From Candidatus Falkowbacteria bacterium (GTDB lineage Bacteria > Patescibacteriota > Patescibacteriia > JAACEG01), in the NCBI GenBank assembly GCA_018651725.1, contig JABIDK010000019.1, positions 3,894 to 67,893 on the forward strand: a stretch of 64,000 nt of DNA, written 5' to 3'. Below are positions 10,799 through 19,901 of this stretch, one piece after another. The stretch's first letter is position 1. The number at the start of each line of letters is the position of its first letter. The position numbers and the translations under genes are program-made. Under the pieces are notes generated by a model. That model was not told where the DNA came from, ran no database searches, and worked only from the letters and a program-made list of their open reading frames with translations.

Positions 10799-12433
10799 TC
10801 ACTCTTCCCCGTAAACAGCGCTCCATAGTAGTAAATAGCCTATCCCAAGCGGATGGTTTAGGTAGGGGGTGAAAAAATGGATTGCTGTTAATGCGATTAC
10901 TCCGAGTATACTTCCGAGGATTATTTTGTTTTGTTGCTTTTGATGACCTTGTTTTATGATCTGGAATAGTAATAGTAAATATGCCAACAAACCAAAGAGG
11001 CCTAGTTTTAGCCAGATGTCTAAATAGCCCCATTCGAAGGCGTAGGTTGTGTAGAGTCCGTTGGGGTTGTTTTCTAGGGCGCGGGGGTCTTCGGTTTTGT
11101 AGGTAACTGTTTTGCCGAAGCCGGCTCCGAGGATGGAATTTTCTTTTACCTCTTTCCATAATGGTTTTAATAGTCCCCAGCGACTACCGATAGCAACGTC
11201 GTCTTCAGTTGCTCTTTTACTAAGTGATGAAATAAAATCAATGTCTGATCTTTCTCGAAAAGGAATCGGCGCTTCGATTAAAAACCCACTTAAACCGATT
11301 GCGGAAACAAAAATAACTAGAACAACCAAAAAACTTACAAAAATAGATTTTATTTTCTCCTTTTTAAAGACAAGATGATAAATATAATAAACAAAAAAAG
11401 TTGCAATAATTCCAACCGCAAAGCTACGGGAGAAACTTATAATGATCACACTTGCCAAAAAAATTATTAAACTTAAAAATAATTTGTTGCTTTTTATGCT
11501 TTCGGGGGCTGTTGCAAAGCACCGGTTTTGAGATAAGTTTTCAGATTTTAAGGAAATTTCTTTATCAAATTTTTTGCTTATGCACCCGCATAGGCCAAAA
11601 ATTTTAGAAAGAAATTTACTAAAATATGGAAATTTAGACGAAATCGGTGCTTGGTGACAGCCCCACCTTTGAACAAATTTTTTGTTCAAAATTGGCAGTA
11701 AAATAAAAAAAGTTAAAACTGCGTAAATATGGGACTGTAAAAATATGCGGAAAAAACCTGTTTCCATTTTGGCAATTTCCCCTACTCCTGTTATGCGAAC
11801 CCAGCGATAAATTTCAGGAGTTATTCCGATAAAATTATGTGAAAAAATAAAAAGCAAAAAGAAGGTTTTTAATATTAAGGCTGTTAAAGCGGCGAGTAAC
11901 ACAGAAAACAGTTTATTAAAGTTGTCTTTTCTTATTACTTCAAAGATAGGGAAAGCTAGGAGAAAATATAACCAACCATTGGAATCAAAGAAAACATTAG
12001 ATAGTTGATTCTTGTGCATTATTCCGGAGATGACTCCGTAGATAATGAATAAAAATAAAATCAAAAAATAGGGGAATAACTTTGACTTTAAAAAAGCTAT
12101 TTCTAATTTTTTCGTTTTAAAATATTTTAAAAATACTTTAAAAGCAAAAACTGACATTACAACAGCGAATAATCCTATTCTGATTGAAATTGCTTTTTCT
12201 CCTGCTTCAAAATAAAAAAGGTAGCCTTTACTGGCTATTATTAACTCAGATAGAATAATCAATACTCCGTAAAAAAGATTTCGCCAAGCTAAAAATAAAA
12301 CACCAAGCAAAATTAAAATAAAAAATATTTTATTTAACAACGGAAAAGCAAAAGCGTATAAACTAAAAAACTCTATTAAAATAATAGAGTAAAACGCGAT
12401 CTTAAAATACTTTTTATCCAAAGCAAAATTCAT
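10799..12433 (-). CDS. O-antigen ligase (Wzy_C) family membrane protein carrying an in-frame ~54-aa palindrome-derived insertion
   Basis: Many TM segments; SFSRS, R-W...ILGAGFG, YLDIWLKLGLFG; insertion at 11505-11664. Confidence 0.82.
   Translation of the reverse strand: MNFALDKKYFKIAFYSIILIEFFSLYAFAFPLLNKIFFILILLGVLFLAWRNLFYGVLIILSELIIASKGYLFYFEAGEKAISIRIGLFAVVMSVFAFKVFLKYFKTKKLEIAFLKSKLFPYFLILFLFIIYGVISGIMHKNQLSNVFFDSNGWLYFLLAFPIFEVIRKDNFNKLFSVLLAALTALILKTFFLLFIFSHNFIGITPEIYRWVRITGVGEIAKMETGFFRIFLQSHIYAVLTFFILLPILNKKFVQRWGCHQAPISSKFPYFSKFLSKIFGLCGCISKKFDKEISLKSENLSQNRCFATAPESIKSNKLFLSLIIFLASVIIISFSRSFAVGIIATFFVYYIYHLVFKKEKIKSIFVSFLVVLVIFVSAIGLSGFLIEAPIPFRERSDIDFISSLSKRATEDDVAIGSRWGLLKPLWKEVKENSILGAGFGKTVTYKTEDPRALENNPNGLYTTYAFEWGYLDIWLKLGLFGLLAYLLLLFQIIKQGHQKQQNKIILGSILGVIALTAIHFFTPYLNHPLGIGYLLLWSAVYGEE
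11505..11664. mobile_element. ~160-bp palindromic MITE-like element, copy 1 (intragenic, in frame)
   Basis: Terminal IR ggggctgttgcaaagcaccggttt / aaatcggtgcttggtgacagcccc; core 11541-11629 matches 19289-19377 at 76/89 ungapped (manual count). Confidence 0.85.
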
Positions 12434-12437
12434 ATTC

Positions 12438-13445
12438 TTACCTCATCGTTGCCAAGCTTCTTTTGTAAAGCTCTAAATTCTCCAAAGCAATACCTGTTCC
12501 TTTAGCCACGCATAAAAGAGACTCGTCTGCAACATGAGCCGGTACTCCAATGGCTTTTGAAAGAAGTTTGTCTATATTTCTAAGCAAACTTGATCCACCA
12601 GACAAAATCATACCTTTATCAATTACATCAGCTGATAATTCCGGTGGGGTTTTTTGTAAAACTGATTTGGTAGCATCTATAATTCCTTCCAGATCGTCTT
12701 GAATAGCTTCAGTAACATCGTCGGAAGTTGCCACGATAGTTTTAGGAAGACCTTTTATCATATCTCTTCCTTTAACTTTCATAGACATTTTTTTATCAAG
12801 ATACATTGCTGAGCCAATGTTAATTTTTATTTCTTCAGCTGTTCGATCCCCTATCGCCAATCCATATTTTTTTCTAATAAATTCCGAAATCGAAGTATCA
12901 AATCTATTTCCACCGATTCTAACGGAAACGGAGTTCACAATTCCACCTAAAGAAATCACCGCGATTTCCGAAGTTCCTCCGCCAATATCAATTATCATAT
13001 GCCCTGATGGCGCGCCAATCGGAATGTTAGCTCCAATCGCCGCTACAATCGGCTCTTTAATAATATAGGCTGCTTTAGCTCCGGCAGCCATGGTTGCGTC
13101 AATCACAGCTCTTTTCTCTGTTGAAGTTATACCGGCTGGAACAGCTACCATTACCTCCGGGCGAAACAAACGAATATTCCCTAAAGCTTTATTGATAAAA
13201 TATTTAAGCATTGTTTCGGTTGTTTTATAGTCAGCAATAACACCATCTTTTAGCGGACGAGATGCCACAATAGAATCAGGTGTTCGTCCAATCATTTCTT
13301 TAGCCTCCACACCCACAGCTAAAATTTTATTGTCAGTTAAGGAAATGGCAACAACAGAGGGCTCGTTTATAACGATTCCTCTTTTCGGTACATACACTAA
13401 AATATTAGTTGTCCCAAGGTCAATGCCTATTTTTTTTAGAAACAT
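12438..13445 (-). CDS. mreB: Rod shape-determining actin homologue
   Basis: IGIDLGTTN, EPSVVA, RPLKDGVIAD, IDIGGGTSE, LSGGSSLL. Confidence 0.95.
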   Translation of the reverse strand: MFLKKIGIDLGTTNILVYVPKRGIVINEPSVVAISLTDNKILAVGVEAKEMIGRTPDSIVASRPLKDGVIADYKTTETMLKYFINKALGNIRLFRPEVMVAVPAGITSTEKRAVIDATMAAGAKAAYIIKEPIVAAIGANIPIGAPSGHMIIDIGGGTSEIAVISLGGIVNSVSVRIGGNRFDTSISEFIRKKYGLAIGDRTAEEIKINIGSAMYLDKKMSMKVKGRDMIKGLPKTIVATSDDVTEAIQDDLEGIIDATKSVLQKTPPELSADVIDKGMILSGGSSLLRNIDKLLSKAIGVPAHVADESLLCVAKGTGIALENLELYKRSLATMR

Positions 13446-13486
13446 AATTTTGTTTATTTGAATGATAACAAGCTATATTCTTTTGG

Positions 13487-14992
13487 TCAACTTTTTGTGC
13501 CTGATTTTTTTGTTACATTAAATCCTAAATATTTTCCAAGCATAAGTCTGGTTTGGGCGTCTATTGCCGGAATTGAACCGAAAATAATCATACAATAAGG
13601 AAACAGTAGCCACTGTAAAACCATGGTAAGATACCTATGGGATCCTTTTCCTTTTGGACGAGACGGTAAAGTCATAACGCTTAAAAATGCAGAAAAAGCT
13701 AAGCCAATCATAGCAAAATTCATTAAATACCGAAGAGCTATCGGGGCGTTTTGAGCTAAAACTGTTGATTTAACACCATCATTGGCGACATAAAGTGGGA
13801 GCCAACCCATAATGAAAATAACAAGAGGCGCGGTTGCCCAAGAATAAGTCCCTTCCAATTGATTCCATATATAACGAGCTTTTTTAAATGGCTTTATTTT
13901 TTTATTCCCCCACATATTCCACATCATATAAGGAAAATTTTCTACACCATAAGCCCAACGCCTGATCTGCTTATACTGATTTTTCATACTTTCCCAAAAA
14001 TTTCCCTGATAAGCGGTATTCATAGAAACAGGGATGAACATTGGTACTACTTCGTAATCGCCGTTATAGTGAACCATTCCTTGCAAACAAATTCTAGAGT
14101 CCTCTGTGACGATATCTCTTTGCCAAAATCCAAGCTCTACCAAAGCCTTAAAACTCATACTGTGTGATGAAAAAGTAAATAATCTTTCCGGGCGAGCCAA
14201 ATCACTAAAAAGCCAAAAAGTTGTGCTATTGTGAACTACTCTGATTAAAGCCGGTGAATCCCAAATATTATTATTATAAGTTGCGATTGGTTGATAGCTG
14301 GCGCGTAAACGATTTGGGTGGTTTAAAAAAATATAAGTTAAATAAGAAAAATATTCACGATGCGGACAAGTATCAACATCAAAATTAGATACAATCACCT
14401 GATCGTATGAAATATTTTGCTCGTCGATAAATTCTTTAGCTTTCTTTCCGGCAAAGTGAGCGTTTGATCCTTTGCCTGGCAAATCTCCCGGAATATCCTT
14501 TGGATGAACAGTGATCAATAACTTTAAAAATTTATCACCAAACTCTTGCTTTATTTTCCAAGCATAATTTTTAAAATTTTCTTCATCTCTTTCTTCTCCG
14601 GCCAAAACAACAATGAGTTTTTCAAGTGGATAATTTATTTTTATTAAATTTGAAAAAGTTTCTCGAAGAACTTCGTATGGTTCCTGAAAAGTTGGGAGAA
14701 CCAACAGATGATATATACTTCCCCACTCTTCTTGTTTTTCTTGTTTTAATTTTTCCAACCAATTTATTTTTTCGTGTTTACGATATTTTAGCCAAGAAAA
14801 CATCATATGAATAATCATATACAAAATTTTTGTCAGCCAATAAACATCAAAGATAATAACAAAATAAATCGCCCAAATTGTTTTAAAAACAGCAAGCAAA
14901 ACAAGACCAATCAAAGTAGACCAGACCAAAGCGCCCGGGATAATCTCTAAAATACGATGTTTTTGTTTTTTTGATAGTTTATTTAAAATCAT
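13487..14992 (-). CDS. Membrane glycosyltransferase family 2 (processive type)
   Basis: GKGSN, FDVD, VTEDSR and QIRRW (D,D,D,QxxRW), with flanking TM segments. Confidence 0.85.
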   Translation of the reverse strand: MILNKLSKKQKHRILEIIPGALVWSTLIGLVLLAVFKTIWAIYFVIIFDVYWLTKILYMIIHMMFSWLKYRKHEKINWLEKLKQEKQEEWGSIYHLLVLPTFQEPYEVLRETFSNLIKINYPLEKLIVVLAGEERDEENFKNYAWKIKQEFGDKFLKLLITVHPKDIPGDLPGKGSNAHFAGKKAKEFIDEQNISYDQVIVSNFDVDTCPHREYFSYLTYIFLNHPNRLRASYQPIATYNNNIWDSPALIRVVHNSTTFWLFSDLARPERLFTFSSHSMSFKALVELGFWQRDIVTEDSRICLQGMVHYNGDYEVVPMFIPVSMNTAYQGNFWESMKNQYKQIRRWAYGVENFPYMMWNMWGNKKIKPFKKARYIWNQLEGTYSWATAPLVIFIMGWLPLYVANDGVKSTVLAQNAPIALRYLMNFAMIGLAFSAFLSVMTLPSRPKGKGSHRYLTMVLQWLLFPYCMIIFGSIPAIDAQTRLMLGKYLGFNVTKKSGTKS

Positions 14993-16401
14993 TCTTTAAA
15001 AAACGCTTTATACGCTTCATAAGCTGAATACACATCGGCCTTAGATGAAATTTCCATTGGCGCGTGCATATTAAGAAGAGCTACTCCGCAGTCAATAGTG
15101 TCTATGTTGCGGTTGGCTAAGTACATAGCAATTGTTCCTCCGCCTCCCTCATCAATTCTACCTAATCCGGCTGTCTGCCAGCTCACTTTGTTTTTGTTTA
15201 AAATATCTCTAATTTTATAAACATACTCAGCACTTGCTTCACTGCTGCTATATTTTCCGCCACTACCGGTGTGTTTTTCAATCGCCAATCCATACCCTAG
15301 TCTGGCGCTATTTCTTGGATCATAAACCTGTTTATAGTCAGGATCAAACCCGGCTGTCACATCAGACGAAAGAGCCTCTGAACGCTCAAAAATTTTATAA
15401 ACATTTTTCAAAGAAGACTCTTTGTTTGAAACTTCCAGTAACTCCAACAACAAGCTTTCTAAAAAAACAGATTTTAGCCCGCTTACGCCCTCGCTACCGA
15501 CTTCTTCTCTGTCTGTCCAAAAACAAATTTGCGTTCTATCAGTTTCGTTGCTATCTAAAATTGCCTGAAGTGAAGTATAAGCGCAAATTCGATCGTCCTG
15601 TCCGTAACCGGCTATTAAACTTCTATCAAAACCTAAGTCTCGCGCTTTCCCGGTTGGAACCGCTTGAAGCTCGGCGCTAAAAAAATCTTCTTCAATAATT
15701 TTATATTTTTTATTAAGATGCTCCAAAATTGCAATTTTAATTTTTTCTTTTATTTTTTTATCTTGAACCGGAATACTACCTACTACGATATTTAATTCTT
15801 CTCCCTCAATAGCTTCTTTTAAAGTTTTAGTTAATTGCTTTCTGGCCAAGTGTGGCAGAAGATCAGTAATCATAAAGATCGGCTCGTCTTCTTTTTCACC
15901 GATATTTATTTCTTGTTTTCTACCGTCCTTGGTAATAATCACTCCGTGCAATGCCAAAGGAATTGTTGGCCAATGATATTTTTTAATTCCGCCATAATAA
16001 TGAGTTTTGAAAAATGCCATTGATTCTTCTTCGTAAAGAGGCCTGACTTTTAAATCAAGATGAGGAGAGTCAATATGGGAAACAATAAAATTAACTCCGT
16101 CTTTAAGTAAGTCTTTGCCTAATTTTACCAGCGCCAGATTTTTATCTTTATTGACAAAATAAATTTTATTTCCTGATTTTTTCTTTTTAAATTCATCTAT
16201 TGAAATAAATCTGTTGGCTTGAGCAATCTTTATTCCCTTTTTAACACTTTCTCTTTCTGTTTTAGCGTTACTTAAAAAATCTTTGTAACCATCACAAAAC
16301 TTAAAAGCTTTCTGCTTTTTTTTCTCATCCCATTTTTCCCAACAGGACTTTTTCTCAAATAATAATTTTTTTTCTAAATTTGATTTTTCTTCTTTAGACA
16401 T
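14989..16401 (-). CDS. M18 family aminopeptidase
   Basis: SHIDSP, THYYGGIKKYHW, GQDDR, DREEVGS, GGGTI, NMHAPME. Confidence 0.92.
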   Translation of the reverse strand: MSKEEKSNLEKKLLFEKKSCWEKWDEKKKQKAFKFCDGYKDFLSNAKTERESVKKGIKIAQANRFISIDEFKKKKSGNKIYFVNKDKNLALVKLGKDLLKDGVNFIVSHIDSPHLDLKVRPLYEEESMAFFKTHYYGGIKKYHWPTIPLALHGVIITKDGRKQEINIGEKEDEPIFMITDLLPHLARKQLTKTLKEAIEGEELNIVVGSIPVQDKKIKEKIKIAILEHLNKKYKIIEEDFFSAELQAVPTGKARDLGFDRSLIAGYGQDDRICAYTSLQAILDSNETDRTQICFWTDREEVGSEGVSGLKSVFLESLLLELLEVSNKESSLKNVYKIFERSEALSSDVTAGFDPDYKQVYDPRNSARLGYGLAIEKHTGSGGKYSSSEASAEYVYKIRDILNKNKVSWQTAGLGRIDEGGGGTIAMYLANRNIDTIDCGVALLNMHAPMEISSKADVYSAYEAYKAFFKE

Positions 16402-16441
16402 AAATTTTAATTGTAAGTTATAAATTATGAATTATAAATTA

Positions 16442-16475
16442 CCCGCTTGCCGTAAATATAGCATTTCGGGTAAGT
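16442..16475. repeat. Intergenic degenerate copy of the PARN-type palindrome
   Basis: cccgcttgccgtaaatatagcatttcgggtaagt shares cccgc...tagcatttcggg with 1892-1928. Confidence 0.65.
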
Positions 16476-16547
16476 AAATTAAGAATATCATCGAGTAATC
16501 AAAAAATCAAGACTTGCAGAAAATTTTAAATAAGGTAAGATAAAATT

Positions 16548-17915
16548 ATGTCAAACCAACCTTCTATTGAAAAACTTCCTCCACAGAACCTTGAAGCTGA
16601 GCAATCTTTGCTTGGCTCTCTTCTGATCGATAAAAACGCTATTATTAAAGTAGCTGATATTGTATGTGAGGATGATTTTTATGAAGACAGACATAGAATA
16701 ATTTTTTCAGTTATATCTGAGCTTTACGAGAAACGACAGCCGATTGATCTTTTAAATCTTTCCAATCGATTAAAAGAAAAAAATAAAATCAAAAATATCG
16801 GCGGTCGAACTTATCTGGTAACCTTAACCAACGCTGTACCATCGGCCAGCCATGTTATATCTTATGCTGAGATAGTTTCTAAAAAAGCTACCTTACGTAG
16901 ACTTATTAATGCCAGTACGGAGATAACCTCCATGGCTTATGACGACTCTGGGGAGGCCGATAAACTTCTTGACGAGGCCGAGCAAAAACTTTTTTCTGTT
17001 TCTCGTCAACATTTAAAGCAAAACTTTGTTCCAATTCGCGATATTTTAGATGGAGCTTTCGATAGAATCGATGATTTACATAACAACAAAGGAAAATTAA
17101 GAGGTGTTCCAAGCGGATTTATTGATTTAGATAAAAAATTAGCCGGACTCCAAAAATCTGATTTATTAATTTTAGCAGCCAGGCCTTCAATCGGTAAAAC
17201 ATCTTTAGCTCTTGATATTGCGCGAAATGTTGCCAAAGAAAAAACTCCAGTTGGATTGTTTTCTTTGGAGATGAGCAAAGAACAGCTAGTTGATCGATTA
17301 ATTTGTGCTGAAGCTAACGTTGATTTATGGAAAATGAGAACCGGACAACTTTCAACTAAGGAAGGCGATGATGATTTTGCGCGAATAAATTACGCTATGG
17401 GGGAACTGGCTGAAATTGAAATTTATATCGATGACTCTGCTTCAGCTAATATTATGGAAATTAGAACAAAAGCTCGTAGATTAAAAATGGAACACGACAT
17501 CGGACTTGTGGTTATAGACTATCTTCAACTTATGGAAGGCCGTAAAAACGATAACCGTGTTCAAGAAATTTCAGAAATTTCCCGTGCCCTGAAAGGTTTA
17601 GCGCGCGAACTGAATATTCCGGTTCTAGCTTTATCTCAGCTGTCCCGTGGGGTTGAATCCCGCACCCCGCCGATTCCGAAACTGGCTGACCTGCGAGAGT
17701 CCGGTTCAATTGAACAAGACGCCGATGTGGTAATGTTTATTTACAGAGAAGATTATTACAAAAAAGATTCATCAAAACCAAATGTTGCTGAAATTCATAT
17801 CGCCAAACATAGAAACGGTCCAACCGGTATAGTAGATCTCTATTTCGAAGCTAACCAAGCCAGCTTTAAAAGTTTGGATAAAACAAATTTAGAAGAAAAA
17901 GAACCCTTTAATTGA
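16548..17915 (+). CDS. dnaB: Replicative DNA helicase
   Basis: LPPQNLEAEQSLLG, AARPSIGKT, IDYLQL, LSQLSR, DLRESGSIEQDAD, KHRNGPTG. Confidence 0.97.
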   Translation: MSNQPSIEKLPPQNLEAEQSLLGSLLIDKNAIIKVADIVCEDDFYEDRHRIIFSVISELYEKRQPIDLLNLSNRLKEKNKIKNIGGRTYLVTLTNAVPSASHVISYAEIVSKKATLRRLINASTEITSMAYDDSGEADKLLDEAEQKLFSVSRQHLKQNFVPIRDILDGAFDRIDDLHNNKGKLRGVPSGFIDLDKKLAGLQKSDLLILAARPSIGKTSLALDIARNVAKEKTPVGLFSLEMSKEQLVDRLICAEANVDLWKMRTGQLSTKEGDDDFARINYAMGELAEIEIYIDDSASANIMEIRTKARRLKMEHDIGLVVIDYLQLMEGRKNDNRVQEISEISRALKGLARELNIPVLALSQLSRGVESRTPPIPKLADLRESGSIEQDADVVMFIYREDYYKKDSSKPNVAEIHIAKHRNGPTGIVDLYFEANQASFKSLDKTNLEEKEPFN

Positions 17916-17955
17916 TAATTTTAATTTTTAAATTTTAAATATTTGAATCTCATCC

Positions 17956-17987
17956 TGTTTAGATGTTTAGATATTTATATGTTTAAA
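17956..17987. repeat. Octamer tandem repeat TGTTTAGA x4 (degenerate)
   Basis: tgtttaga tgtttaga tatttata tgtttaaa immediately upstream of ybaB. Confidence 0.65.
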
Positions 17988-17995
17988 TAAATTTT

Positions 17996-18271
17996 ATGTT
18001 CGACAAACTAAAACAACTTAGAGAAATGCAAAAACAAGCTAAAGAAGTTCAAAAAACTTTGGCCGACGAAATTATTACCGTTCAAAAAGGAGAACTGGAA
18101 ATTAAAATCAACGGGAACATGGAAATCCAATCCATTAACATTGCTTCTATGGAAAGTAAAGAAGATTTAGAAAGAGATATAAAAGAAGGCATGAACAATG
18201 CCATTAAAGAAGCCCAACAAGTAATGGCTAAAAAGATGATGGGCGGTGGAATGAGCTTGCCGGGAATGTAA
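17996..18271 (+). CDS. ybaB: YbaB/EbfC nucleoid-associated protein
   Basis: 91 aa, MQKQAKEVQKTL...MGGGMSLPGM, directly upstream of recR. Confidence 0.88.
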   Translation: MFDKLKQLREMQKQAKEVQKTLADEIITVQKGELEIKINGNMEIQSINIASMESKEDLERDIKEGMNNAIKEAQQVMAKKMMGGGMSLPGM

Positions 18272-18276
18272 ATTAA

Positions 18277-18870
18277 ATGTTTCCTACTCCAATTAAAAAT
18301 CTTATAGACCACTTTACTCGCTTGCCGGGCATTGGTATGAAAACTTCGGAGAAGTTTGTTTTTTATTTACTAAAAAGGTCTCCTGCCGAGCTGGAACAGT
18401 TTGCTCGGGCAATTTTAAGTTTAAAAAGCAATATTACTATTTGTAACGAATGTTATAATTTCTCTGAAAAATCACCCTGCGGAATATGCAACGATCAAAA
18501 TCGAAATAAGGAGATAATCTGTGTAGTTGCAAAGCCACAAGATATTCACCCAATAGAAACAACCGGAAAATTCAGCGGGGTTTACCATGTTCTCGGAGGA
18601 GTTATCGATAATCTAAACGGCATCACCCCGGATAAATTAAATGTCAATCAACTAATAGACCGTTTACAAAAAAATAATATTCAAGAAATAATTTTAGCGT
18701 TTAACCCGGATATTGGCGGAGAAGAAACTACAATGTATTTAAGAAAAATTCTTGAGCCATTCAATATAAAAACAACCAGACTTGGCCGAGGCCTCCCAAT
18801 GGGCGCAGACCTAGAGTACGCCGACGAAGTAACACTGTCCAATGCGCTGGAATATAGGAACGAACTGTAA
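18277..18870 (+). CDS. recR: Recombination mediator RecR
   Basis: LPGIGMKT HhH, C4 Zn finger, YHVLGG, RGLPMGADLEYADEVTL. Confidence 0.96.
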   Translation: MFPTPIKNLIDHFTRLPGIGMKTSEKFVFYLLKRSPAELEQFARAILSLKSNITICNECYNFSEKSPCGICNDQNRNKEIICVVAKPQDIHPIETTGKFSGVYHVLGGVIDNLNGITPDKLNVNQLIDRLQKNNIQEIILAFNPDIGGEETTMYLRKILEPFNIKTTRLGRGLPMGADLEYADEVTLSNALEYRNEL

Positions 18871-18875
18871 AAAAT

Positions 18876-18907
18876 AAAAAAAGCGTTTTAGAAGAAACGC
18901 TTTTTTT
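18876..18907. terminator. Bidirectional intrinsic terminator between recR and rplU
   Basis: aaaaaaagcgttt-tagaag-aaacgcttttttt between convergent genes. Confidence 0.8.
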
Positions 18908-18917
18908 ATTGTATATT

Positions 18918-19232
18918 CTATCCAATTTTTCCAATTTTTACTTTTGTAAACGGTTGTCTGTGACCGTATACTTTTTTGTATCTTGTTTTGGCTTTGTATT
19001 TTACAACTTCTACTTTTTTGTCTCTTCCTTGCTCTAAAACTTCAGCCTCTATTTTTACATCTTTAACTAAAGGCTCGCCAATTTTTATATTTTCTCCTTT
19101 TTCATCAGAAACAAGCAAAACTTCTTCAAAGTTCACCTTTTTCCCAACTTCAGTATCGATTTTTTCAATTTTTAATTCTTGACCCTCGGCAACTTTATAC
19201 TGTTTACCGCCGGTTTTTATCACTGCTAACAT
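18918..19232 (-). CDS. rplU: 50S ribosomal protein L21
   Basis: MLAVIKTGGKQYKV...GHRQPFTKVKI; start placed at ATG 19232. Confidence 0.96.
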   Translation of the reverse strand: MLAVIKTGGKQYKVAEGQELKIEKIDTEVGKKVNFEEVLLVSDEKGENIKIGEPLVKDVKIEAEVLEQGRDKKVEVVKYKAKTRYKKVYGHRQPFTKVKIGKIG

Positions 19233-19251
19233 AAATTTAAAAACTAAACCC

Positions 19252-19413
19252 ATAGACTGGTTACATAATAAGCTATGTTACGAAATTCTCAGATTTTGAG
19301 GAAATTTCTTTTAAAAATTTTTTGCTTATGCCTTAGCATAGGCCGAAAATTTTTAAAAGAAATTTACCAAAATACGGGGATTGCAGTAATAGCTTATTGT
19401 GTAACCGGTCTAT
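19252..19413. mobile_element. 162-bp palindromic MITE-like element, copy 2 (upstream of rplU)
   Basis: Terminal IR atagactggttacataataagctat / atagcttattgtgtaaccggtctat; same core as 11505-11664. Confidence 0.85.
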
Positions 19414-19457
19414 TACAAAGGTTTAGATATCTTTATTAATAATGCTTAAATGATATA

Positions 19458-19901
19458 CTATTTTCCTTTTTCTGTCAATATCTTTACGGTCTCGCCTACT
19501 TTTATACCATATTTTTCACAAAATCCGGCGTTTACCTCTAAAACTTTGTTTGCTTTTTTACTTGGAGTATAGCTTGGAATATTTCCATTGGACGGGATCT
19601 CTGCATTTTTTGCTATCTCAACAACCGTATTATCATCTATCCAAATTATATCGATCGGGAATTTCATATCCTTCATCCAAAAAATATGTGTATCTTTTTC
19701 ATCAAACACAAAAAACAAACCACAATCCTGACACAAACTATCACGTCCGGAAAGCCCCTGTCTTCTGCCTGAAAATGTATCTACTGTTTCTATACTTATA
19801 ATTTTATCCCCTATTTTTAGTTCTGTATTTATATCCTCATTCTTAACTCCACAACCACTAAACAAAATAACAATTAAAAATAATAAAAAAGTTTTTTTCA
19901 T
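19458..19901 (-). CDS. DUF192 family lipoprotein
   Basis: Lipobox LFSGC; GLSGR, FWMKDMKFPIDIIWI, VLEVNAG. Confidence 0.88.
   Translation of the reverse strand: MKKTFLLFLIVILFSGCGVKNEDINTELKIGDKIISIETVDTFSGRRQGLSGRDSLCQDCGLFFVFDEKDTHIFWMKDMKFPIDIIWIDDNTVVEIAKNAEIPSNGNIPSYTPSKKANKVLEVNAGFCEKYGIKVGETVKILTEKGK

Noticed and set aside
10785-11378. Overlapping alternative-frame and antisense ORFs (representative of many short track ORFs)
   Set aside because: Shadow ORFs of well-supported genes, with no recognisable motifs.
16548-17915. Intein in DnaB
   Set aside because: Normal length (455 aa) with contiguous motifs.
19252-19413. Canonical L21 ribosomal leader
   Set aside because: The same core occurs inside an unrelated gene and has terminal inverted repeats; a dispersed element explains it better.
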